Below, one piece after another: positions 54,649 to 64,000 of a stretch of DNA of 64,000 bases. The notes beneath the pieces are model-generated. The model saw only the letters and a list, made by a program, of their open reading frames with translations. It did no database searches and was not told the DNA's origin. The DNA is taken from NCBI GenBank assembly GCA_964593805.1, contig CAZQHP010000001.1, positions 256,091 to 320,090 of the forward strand, read 5' to 3'. Each line of letters opens with the position of its first letter. Within the stretch, counting starts at the first letter, position 1. A program made the position numbers and the translations under genes. This DNA is from an uncultured Candidatus Saccharibacteria bacterium (GTDB lineage Bacteria; Patescibacteriota; Saccharimonadia; Saccharimonadales; JBBQAJ01).

Positions 54649-55806
54649 ATGAAAACAGCAATCTATCTTGACCATGCGGCGGCAACACCGATGGACGAAC
54701 AAGTCGCGGCGGCTATGAGGCCGTATTTTGCTGAAAAGTTTTATAATCCGTCGGCTACGTATCTGGCGGCCGCTTCAGTAAAAGCCGATATTGAAAAGGC
54801 TAGAGAAACCATTGCCCACTGGCTCGGCACGCGCCCCGCTACGCTTACTTTTACCGCTGGCGGCACGGAAGCTAACAATCTGGCCTTGTTTGGCGTGGCT
54901 GGCAAATACCGCGGCAGCCATATTGTCAGTTCCGCGCTCGAACACGAATCAATTCTAAAACCGCTGGAACGCCTCAAGCAGGACGGACACAAGTACACGC
55001 TAGTAGCACCCAAGTCCGACGGGGTTATCGACCCAGCCGCTGTCTCTCGAGCCATAACCAATCGGACCGTGCTGGTAAGCATTATGTATGCCAACAACGA
55101 AATCGGTACTGTCCAGCCACTCAAAGACATCGCGGCTCTAGTAGCAACCGAGCGAAAAAAGCGGCAAAAAACTGGCAACCTGCTACCGCTGTTTATGCAC
55201 ACCGATGCCTGCCAGGCAGCCGCCTATCTTGACCTCCACGTGGCGAGGCTGGGCGTGGATCTAATGACGATTAACGGCGGCAAAATTTACGGGCCCAAAC
55301 AGTCCGGGGTACTATATGCCAACAGCCGGGTTGGCCTGCGGCCGATTATTTTTGGCGGCGGGCAAGAGCTGGGGCTCAGAAGCGGCACCGAAAACGTGGC
55401 CGGCGCCATTGGGGTAGCCAAAGCCTTGGATCTTGTTCAAAACCGGCGGCAAACAGAGCGGACACGGCTGACGGAACTGCAAGATATATTCATGAAAGAA
55501 CTGACGGCCCAAATACCGTCGGTCATAATTAACGGATCTCTCCACAGGCGCTTGCCCAATAACGTGCATGTAACCATACCCAATACGGACAATGAGCGGC
55601 TAGTGTTCGCGCTGGATGCGGCCGGCATACAATGCGCGGCCGGATCAGCCTGCAGTGCCAGCAAAGCAGATGCTTCGCACGTCTTGAAAGCGCTCGGCCT
55701 GAGCGAAGACAAAGCCCGCGCCTCGTTGCGCTTTACGCTTGGGTTTGGTACAACCGAAAAAGACATTCGCGCGGCAGTTTCCGAACTGGTTAAAATAGTT
55801 GCTTGA
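54649..55806 (+). CDS. cysteine desulfurase (class-V aminotransferase, NifS/IscS-like)
   Basis: YLDHAAATP, TAGGTEANN, HTDACQA, the PLP-Lys region INGGKIYGPK and GSACSA near the C-terminus. Confidence 0.85.
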   Translation: MKTAIYLDHAAATPMDEQVAAAMRPYFAEKFYNPSATYLAAASVKADIEKARETIAHWLGTRPATLTFTAGGTEANNLALFGVAGKYRGSHIVSSALEHESILKPLERLKQDGHKYTLVAPKSDGVIDPAAVSRAITNRTVLVSIMYANNEIGTVQPLKDIAALVATERKKRQKTGNLLPLFMHTDACQAAAYLDLHVARLGVDLMTINGGKIYGPKQSGVLYANSRVGLRPIIFGGGQELGLRSGTENVAGAIGVAKALDLVQNRRQTERTRLTELQDIFMKELTAQIPSVIINGSLHRRLPNNVHVTIPNTDNERLVFALDAAGIQCAAGSACSASKADASHVLKALGLSEDKARASLRFTLGFGTTEKDIRAAVSELVKIVA

Positions 55807-56055
55807 CGGCGCGAGTGGGTTTATACTGCTTATGTTCATAATAAAACAGATATGTTTAAGACAAATATCCTAAAACACCTCACTTGGCAGCGCGTGCTCG
55901 CGTCGGCTGGCCTCTGCTTGCTGATTGCCATAAGTTTGTAGCCGCTATTTGGTTCGCCGCCGCAGGCTGACAGGCTTATTGCTAATCATGGTTTCCATTA
56001 CCGATGTTTTTGGAGTATATTTGATACTAAGATTATGAGAGGGGTGGGATAAGAA

Positions 56056-56676
56056 GTGGAATTATGGGAATTAGTCTTGATTCTGGGCAGCTTGACAGCG
56101 GCGGCACTGGCTTTCGTGTACCTGGCATTGCAGCTTCGCCCGGGGGGCGCCAAAAAAGCCAAAGCAACCGACGCCTACTCTGAACTAGCCGAAAAAGACG
56201 TAGAACACATATTCAACGATGAATTCCGCGAAGAGCTTCGCAACCGCGGCCGGCTGCATTTTGAAAAAATAATTGGCGAAAACGCCATGTTCTTGCAGCA
56301 CGACCTGCGCCTGACTACTTCACAGCTCAATGAGTACATGAAGGGCGAAATTACCAAAAAGCTCCAAGAAGAATTTTCCAAGTACGAAGAATCCATTTCT
56401 GACATCAAAGACATGGCCACAGAGTCGATAACCAAGACGCAGGAGGCGATCGATCAGCAGCGGCAAGCTATGGGCCAGCAGCTTACGCAGGAAGTTGCCA
56501 GCGAAAAGGCTCGTTTGGTCAAGCGTTTCGAAGACAACATGGCCGACATTGTCAATCACTACGTCATGGCGGCCATAGGCAACCAGATTGACCTGAACGA
56601 CCAGCTGGAATACATACTGGCCGAACTGAACGAAAACAAAAAAAACATCACGGAGGATATTACCAATGGCGGATGA
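56056..56676 (+). CDS. atpF: F-type ATP synthase subunit b-like (one TM + long coiled coil)
   Basis: LWELVLILGSLTAAALAFVYLAL followed by about 170 aa of charged heptad-like sequence. First gene of the atp cluster. GTG start. Confidence 0.6.
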   Translation: MELWELVLILGSLTAAALAFVYLALQLRPGGAKKAKATDAYSELAEKDVEHIFNDEFREELRNRGRLHFEKIIGENAMFLQHDLRLTTSQLNEYMKGEITKKLQEEFSKYEESISDIKDMATESITKTQEAIDQQRQAMGQQLTQEVASEKARLVKRFEDNMADIVNHYVMAAIGNQIDLNDQLEYILAELNENKKNITEDITNGG

Positions 56677-57205
56677 GCCAGCCCTGCTGCGGCTGCCAAT
56701 TGGCGTGGCCACGCGGGCGGACGCGGGGCGGCTTTTGCGGGAAGCTGAAGCGATTGGTGATTTTTTGCGCCAAGCCGCTATACGTAAACCAGGCACCTCG
56801 CTCAAGCTGCCTAAATCAAGCCAATTGCTTGACGAGTTATTAGACGCCAACAAACTCAATCTGCTGCAATCCGCCGATCGGGAACGGGCTACAAAAGACT
56901 TACGAAAAATTTACTCCTCAGCTCCTTTGCTCCACATGAGTTTCGCTACCGAACCTTCTCCGCTTTTTCTACAAAAACTTATGGAATGGCTTCGCCAAAA
57001 CATACACCCTAATGTGCTGCTGCAGATAGGCTTGCAGCCGAGCCTTGGAGCCGGCTGCGTGATACGCTCTACTAACAAATATTTTGACTTCAGTTTGCGG
57101 CAGCGGTTTAGCGACCAGCGAAATTTATTAATCAATATGCTGCGTGAAACAAACCTATCGCCTCAGCCCCCCGCACCGCCCGCCGGGCAGGATTTAGCCG
57201 TATGA
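56666..57205 (+). CDS. atpH: F-type ATP synthase subunit delta (OSCP)-like
   Basis: Position between b and alpha. The C-terminal [30 protein letters not shown] resembles the OSCP C-terminal motif. Confidence 0.6.
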   Translation: MADEPALLRLPIGVATRADAGRLLREAEAIGDFLRQAAIRKPGTSLKLPKSSQLLDELLDANKLNLLQSADRERATKDLRKIYSSAPLLHMSFATEPSPLFLQKLMEWLRQNIHPNVLLQIGLQPSLGAGCVIRSTNKYFDFSLRQRFSDQRNLLINMLRETNLSPQPPAPPAGQDLAV

Positions 57206-58716
57206 ATTCAGGCAACCAGCATTTTGATAAGCTTGTTGCTGGCGGCAAACCAGTCGGTGAAGTTATTGCCGTAGATAAATTTTTGGTAAAAGCCACAGGA
57301 CTGCAGCCGTGCAGCGTGCACGCGCTGGTGATGTTTGAAGACGGCAGCAAAGGCTTTGTGCACCAGGTGCTGGCCGACTACGTGGTAATACTGCATCTGG
57401 GCAGTACCACCCTGCGGGTCGGCATGGTAGCTGTTATTCAACACCAAGAACTAGTCTGCAAAGTAGGCAAAGATTTTGTGGGCCGGGTAGTAACCGTTAT
57501 GGGCGAGCCGCTCGATGGCAAAGGCCCGATAGCGGCCGATGCCGTCTGGCCGGTTTTTAATACCGCGCCTCCGCTACATGCCCGCAAGTTGCTGGACACG
57601 CAGCTAGAAAGCGGCGTTACGGTTATTGATTCTTTGTTTCCGCTGCTGCGCGGGCAGCGCATGGCGCTGCTTGGAGACGGCAAATCAGGCAAAAGCACGC
57701 TGGCAACGCAGCTAACTATAAACCAGAAAAACACCGATCAAATTGTAGTTTACGTATTGATTGCCAAACGCCGCAGCGACGTAGACGCGCTACTGACCCA
57801 GCTGCAAGAAAACGGCGGTTTAGAAAAAGCCGTAGTGATTGTCAGCACCATGTTTGAGTCGTTGATTATGAGCTACCTAGCGCCCTACGTCGGGGTGGCC
57901 ATGGCAGAATACTTATGGCAGCAACAAGCGCAAGACACGATAATTATTTACGATGACCTGACTGCCCACGCCCACGCCTACCGGGAAGTCGCGCTTTTGA
58001 GCGGCGTCAGCCCGGGCCGCGATTCCTACCCAGGCGACATGTTTTACGCGCATGCTTCGCTTCTGGAGCGGGCCGGCCGGCTAGAAAGCAACGGCGCGCA
58101 TTTGACCAGTTTGCCGGTTATAAATGTTGCTGGCGGTGATGTTACCGCCTATTTGCCAACCAACGTAATGTCTATAACCGACGGGCAGTGGATTTTGGAT
58201 ATGGACATTTTTAGGAACGGCATTCGTCCGGCTGTCAATATTGGACTGAGTGTGACTCGCGTTGGCGGTTTGGGCCACAACAAGCGCCAAAAGCAACTGG
58301 CCGCCCAGACTTTTAAGCTTTTGGCGGATTATAGGCAAGCCGAAGAGTTCTCCCACTTCGGTTCCGAGCTCGCGCTGGAAGCCAAAAACGCGTTGCGAAT
58401 CGGCGGATACGTCTTTGAAATGTTGACCCAAAACCCAGCCGACACGTATTCACTAATGTCTCAACAGCTCATGCTGGATATTATTTTGCATGCTGGCGCG
58501 TCAGAGACGCTGGACTTGTCAGCTCTAAAATTACACGTTGCTGATTTCGCCGCCAAAATTACCAGCGACGAACTGTATGAAAAAACCCGCGATGAGTTAA
58601 AGACAAAATGCAACGTTGAGCTGAAAGGAGTACCAAGTCCCGCGCCAAAAGCGCCAGCGGCAGTGACGAGCGAAGACGCGCAACCAGCTCCAGAAAAAAC
58701 TGAGGCCAAAACATGA
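57202..58716 (+). CDS. atpA: F1 ATP synthase alpha subunit (divergent)
   Basis: [20 protein letters not shown]-loop, [35 protein letters not shown] and [13 protein letters not shown]. Confidence 0.8.
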   Translation: MNSGNQHFDKLVAGGKPVGEVIAVDKFLVKATGLQPCSVHALVMFEDGSKGFVHQVLADYVVILHLGSTTLRVGMVAVIQHQELVCKVGKDFVGRVVTVMGEPLDGKGPIAADAVWPVFNTAPPLHARKLLDTQLESGVTVIDSLFPLLRGQRMALLGDGKSGKSTLATQLTINQKNTDQIVVYVLIAKRRSDVDALLTQLQENGGLEKAVVIVSTMFESLIMSYLAPYVGVAMAEYLWQQQAQDTIIIYDDLTAHAHAYREVALLSGVSPGRDSYPGDMFYAHASLLERAGRLESNGAHLTSLPVINVAGGDVTAYLPTNVMSITDGQWILDMDIFRNGIRPAVNIGLSVTRVGGLGHNKRQKQLAAQTFKLLADYRQAEEFSHFGSELALEAKNALRIGGYVFEMLTQNPADTYSLMSQQLMLDIILHAGASETLDLSALKLHVADFAAKITSDELYEKTRDELKTKCNVELKGVPSPAPKAPAAVTSEDAQPAPEKTEAKT

Positions 58717-59579
58717 GCAAGCGCCCGGTTGAAATAGAACGCGAAGAAATGGCCATGGGCACTCTGGTGGAGCTGACCAATGTGTTCCAAGGCATAGCCA
58801 GCATGCGTATTGCTGAGATCAAGAACCAGGTTCTGCAAGCTACCCAATTTTTCGACGAACTTTGGGGCATTTATTCGCAATTGCGCGTGAGTACGGTTTT
58901 TGGTTTCGGCCGTACAAATACAGAGCTGCAAGTAATACCAAAAGAATTATTCATCATTATCACGGCCGAAGGCGGCTTTAGCGGCGACATTGACCAAAAG
59001 CTCATCCAGCTAATGATTAAATCATACGACCCATCTAGAAATGATATTATTGTGATTGGCCACCACGGCGCTATCCAGTTGGCGCAGCGCGGCATTTCGT
59101 ACAAAAAATACTTTAAACTGCCAGTCAAAGACCAAAATATAAACGTGGCGCCAATTATCAAAGAAGTGCAGCTTTATAGCAATACCAGCGTGTTTTATCA
59201 AGAGTACGTGTCACTCATGGTGCAAGACGTGAAAAGAATCGAACTCAGCAGCGCCGTCCAGCAGAAGGGCCGGCGGTCTGAAAATCCTGAAGAGATAATT
59301 AGCGAGGCCAACTACATATTCGAACCAAGTAGTTTTGACGTGGTTGACCACCTAGAGCGATCTATGATGAACATTGCCGTAAGCCAGGTCATACTTGAGT
59401 CTAAACTGGCGCAATACGCTTCGCGGTTTAGGGCTATGAGCGTTTCCAATACGCGTGCCAACGAAGTCAAAAGGGAACTGCATGCCAACTACAACAGCGC
59501 TAAGCGCGCTATCAAAGACGAACGTCTAAAAGAAACCATTAACAGCATGAAAAAAATAAAAGCGGGAGCGCTGTCATGA
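58713..59579 (+). CDS. atpG: F1 ATP synthase gamma subunit
   Basis: Position and length. The C-terminal [39 protein letters not shown] resembles the gamma C-terminal helix. Confidence 0.7.
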   Translation: MSKRPVEIEREEMAMGTLVELTNVFQGIASMRIAEIKNQVLQATQFFDELWGIYSQLRVSTVFGFGRTNTELQVIPKELFIIITAEGGFSGDIDQKLIQLMIKSYDPSRNDIIVIGHHGAIQLAQRGISYKKYFKLPVKDQNINVAPIIKEVQLYSNTSVFYQEYVSLMVQDVKRIELSSAVQQKGRRSENPEEIISEANYIFEPSSFDVVDHLERSMMNIAVSQVILESKLAQYASRFRAMSVSNTRANEVKRELHANYNSAKRAIKDERLKETINSMKKIKAGALS

Positions 59580-59587
59580 CTTCGCCA

Positions 59588-61313
<1,726 letters not shown>

Positions 61314-61362
61314 TCCGCCAGTGCTCTTTTCATCTGTGACAATCTGTTAGAATGGTTGAGTC

Positions 61363-62445
61363 ATGAAAACTGTGTATGTTGGGATGAGTGGTGGTGTTGA
61401 TTCGTCGGTCACGGCGGCTTTGCTGAAACAGCAGGGTTATAACGTGGTGGGCGTGTATATGAAAAACTGGACCAAAGACCTGCCCGGCATGCCCTGCCCT
61501 TGGAAGGACGACTACCAGGATGCCAAGCGCGTAGCCGTACAGCTAGGCATTGATTTTAAGGTGTACGACTTCCAAAAACAGTATCATCAAAAAGTAGTGG
61601 ATTACATGATTGATGAGTACAAAGCTGGCCGTACACCAAACCCGGACATTATGTGCAACCAAGAAATCAAGTTTAAATTATTTCTAAACACCGCGCTTGA
61701 AGACGGCGCGGACATGATAGCGACCGGGCATTACGCGCGGATAGGCCGGGCAAAGCGCATAGGGCAGAGAGCAGAGTTATTAACTGCAAAAAACAAAGAA
61801 AAAGATCAGACGTATTTTTTGTACCGGGTTACGGAACAAGCATTAGCTAGGTCGCTGTTCCCGATTGGCGACTTCAAAACCAAAGCCGAAGTACGAGGCG
61901 TGGCCAAAAAACTCGGCCTGGCCACGGCAGGCAAAAAAGACAGCCAGGGCATTTGTTTTGTGGGCAAAGTCGGCATACGCGATTTTTTAGAGCAATACGT
62001 GGCGGCCAAACCAGGCGCGCTTATAAATCAAGCCGGGAAAACCATCGGCCAGCACGACGGCGCTATTTTCTACACCATTGGCCAGCGCCACGGTTTGGAC
62101 GTTGGCGGCGGGCTGCCGTATTACGTAACTGGCAAAAATATGAAAAAAAACGAAGTCTATGTGACAACCGACCTTGACGATGAAAAATTGTGGAGCAGTG
62201 AACTGACGCTGGCCGATGTACACTGGATAAACGGCCAGCCAGATATGAACAAAAGCTACCAAGTCCGCAGCCGCTACCGCGCGCCGCTCGTGGAGGCTAC
62301 GCTACAGCTAGCGCCGCTGGGTGTAAAACAGCCCAAAAACACGCTACATGTAGCGTTATCGGGAAAAGTCCGCGCTATAACCCCCGGCCAGTCAACCGTT
62401 ATTTACGATGGCGAGCGGGTTGTTGGCGGCGGCATCGTTGTCTAG
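61363..62445 (+). CDS. mnmA: tRNA-specific 2-thiouridylase
   Basis: PP-loop VGMSGGVDSSV, NPDIMCN, DQTYFL and GICFVG motifs. Confidence 0.9.
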   Translation: MKTVYVGMSGGVDSSVTAALLKQQGYNVVGVYMKNWTKDLPGMPCPWKDDYQDAKRVAVQLGIDFKVYDFQKQYHQKVVDYMIDEYKAGRTPNPDIMCNQEIKFKLFLNTALEDGADMIATGHYARIGRAKRIGQRAELLTAKNKEKDQTYFLYRVTEQALARSLFPIGDFKTKAEVRGVAKKLGLATAGKKDSQGICFVGKVGIRDFLEQYVAAKPGALINQAGKTIGQHDGAIFYTIGQRHGLDVGGGLPYYVTGKNMKKNEVYVTTDLDDEKLWSSELTLADVHWINGQPDMNKSYQVRSRYRAPLVEATLQLAPLGVKQPKNTLHVALSGKVRAITPGQSTVIYDGERVVGGGIVV

Positions 62446-62594
62446 CTCGCGTCAACAGCGCCTAAAGTCAGCCGGTTTACTCTTGTTTGTAGTTAGGACA
62501 GCCAGCCAAAGCTTTACCAGAGCAAACCGCTCATGGTATAACTTAAGGTAATTATAAGTTTAAGCGTGCTAATCAAGCAGTGGGGACAAGCGGC

Positions 62595-64000
62595 ATGGAA
62601 GAAAACAACTCGTCGGACGAAAACAACCAAAACGGACCAGGTTCCGAAATCGTTCCAGACAATACACCGCCAGTAGCCGGCGAGACCTTTCACCCGGAAA
62701 CAGCCAGCCAGCCCGAAACTGTGCCAATGGCGGAGCCGCCGGCCTCTGAACCGAGCGGATTCAACGCTCCAGACGCAAAACCAGAACTTCTGTCTGTCCC
62801 GCCCCGCCCCCTAAAAAAGAAGTCAAAAAAAGGCTTGTTGCTTATACTTTTGTTTTTGTTGCTTCTAGTCGCTGGCGGAGTTGCATACCAGTACGTATAC
62901 CGGAATAGTACAGAGGAAACCTCCAAGGTAGTTGAGACTAAAGAAGTTGAGCAGATTCGTATTGGTAGTATAGATGGTCCAGCAAATAATATTTTCCCCA
63001 AAGAGGGTATAGGCATAAGTTACACAATGAATAGACAGATTTACGAAGGCCTAGTAGCCAGCAAAAATGGTAAATACTTGCCATTGCTTGCTGCCAGTTG
63101 GACCAATCCAAACGAAAAAACTTGGGTCTTCAAACTTAAGCCAGGTGTAAAATTCCAAAGCGGAAAAGCCTTTACGGCAGCCGATGTTAAAGCGAGTATT
63201 GAAGGCTTGAAGCAATTGGATTTTTTGGGTTATGTGACATCTACAATTGATAAAATTGAAGTGGTAAGCGATTTAGAAGTAAAAATTACCACCTCAGAGC
63301 CAGACGCGTTGCTTCTTAACCGTTTGGCGATCGCGTATATATCCGATAGCGAAGCAAAAGATTCAGTCGGTAATAACGGCACCGGCCCCTACATGCTCGA
63401 CAAGACAGCTACTTACAACGAAACTACTGCAACACTTGTTCCGTTCGACTCCTATCATCAAGGTCGCCCCAAAACACGCAAATTAATATATACAATTTAT
63501 GAAACCGACCTAAAGATGAATGCCGCAATAAAAGAAAACAAGATTGATATGATGGATACTATTTCTAATGCAGATGCTATAGCTGGGCTAAGTGATGCAG
63601 GCTTTGCAAAACTAGAATTTGAATCACCAGGTACCTTCGGTATTTATATGAACATGTTGCGTGCTAATAGCCCGCTCAAGAATAAGGAAGTTCGCAAAGC
63701 GTTAGCCCAGGCTGTTAACCGCCAAGCACTAATTAACGAGCTAAAGAGCAACAATGAGCCGCGTACCCAAGTAGTACCAAAGTCACTGCCAGGTTATGAT
63801 GCGAGCATTACGTTTCCTGAATTTAATGCCGCGATAGCCAAAGAAACTCTTACCAAAGCTGGTTATCCAAATGGCGTAACTCTCAAATACGTTTATGCGA
63901 AGGATGTTCAACCCGATCCACCTATTTTAATAAAACAACTTGAAGCTGCTGGTTTTAAAATTAACGCTGTGGATGACCCAACTATTGATTCAGTTTACTC
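62595..64000 (+). CDS. ABC transporter substrate-binding protein, family 5 (peptide/nickel type), runs off window end
   Basis: Read by hand from ATG 62595: an acidic N-terminal tail, a TM anchor KKGLLLILLFLLLLVAGGVAY, then YEGLVA...LAASWTNPNEKTWVFKLKPGVKFQSGKAFTAADVKASIE. It is absent from the ORF track because there is no stop within the window. Confidence 0.75.
   Translation, partial: MEENNSSDENNQNGPGSEIVPDNTPPVAGETFHPETASQPETVPMAEPPASEPSGFNAPDAKPELLSVPPRPLKKKSKKGLLLILLFLLLLVAGGVAYQYVYRNSTEETSKVVETKEVEQIRIGSIDGPANNIFPKEGIGISYTMNRQIYEGLVASKNGKYLPLLAASWTNPNEKTWVFKLKPGVKFQSGKAFTAADVKASIEGLKQLDFLGYVTSTIDKIEVVSDLEVKITTSEPDALLLNRLAIAYISDSEAKDSVGNNGTGPYMLDKTATYNETTATLVPFDSYHQGRPKTRKLIYTIYETDLKMNAAIKENKIDMMDTISNADAIAGLSDAGFAKLEFESPGTFGIYMNMLRANSPLKNKEVRKALAQAVNRQALINELKSNNEPRTQVVPKSLPGYDASITFPEFNAAIAKETLTKAGYPNGVTLKYVYAKDVQPDPPILIKQLEAAGFKINAVDDPTIDSVY

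Noticed and set aside
55852-55941. 29-codon ORF (MFKTNILKHLTWQRVLASAGLCLLIAISL) as a remnant atp Fo gene
   Set aside because: It is too short and has a single helix, with no resemblance to the subunit c hairpin or to subunit a. I mention it only in the ATPase finding.

Overview
This is a gene-dense bacterial chromosome segment with about 65 protein genes, 4 tRNAs and 1 tmRNA; I saw no rRNA and no CRISPR array. Housekeeping content:
- Peptidoglycan synthesis: murB (cut by the window start), murI, murD and a short class-B PBP.
- Folate and one-carbon genes: folC, folA, a 5-formyl-THF cyclo-ligase and a degenerate FolD-like gene.
- Lower glycolysis: pyk-pgk-tpiA.
- Others: argS, metG, pcrA, rsmA, a DEAD-box helicase, a GH37 trehalase, a cysteine desulfurase plus mnmA, an atpFHAGDC cluster with no atpB/atpE, and a CopB-type P-ATPase.
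- Many small secreted or anchored proteins: an LPXTG protein, a pilin-like protein, a cohesin-like protein, two PG-binding proteins and two Lnt-like paralogs.

The compact genes, genomically encoded CCA ends, monoderm-type surface proteins and thin metabolism fit a reduced-genome Patescibacteria/Saccharibacteria-like organism. That placement is inference only.

Most unusual observations:
1. A 13.2-26 kb arginine-themed accessory neighbourhood. It holds an argS + M20 deacylase + racemase + GNAT gene block bracketed by an identical 15-mer, and a leaderless Arg-rich mini-ORF followed by a terminator. It also holds four tandem stand-alone receiver genes behind a promoter-proximal terminator with a G10 tract, and a pyruvoyl arginine decarboxylase coupled to two unknown proteins and a multi-TM histidine kinase.
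2. A dispersed family of intergenic inverted heptamer arrays (CAAGT-type and CATTTCC-type).
3. A tmRNA gene whose 3' end carries a 525-bp HNH-endonuclease insertion flanked by an 11-bp direct repeat, and a tRNA-Lys with a similar 3'-end duplication scar.
4. A cohesin-like surface protein that seems to need an ATA start codon.
5. Duplicated envelope modules and a divergent F1-type ATPase cluster.

All functional calls come from motifs read by eye. No database search was possible.
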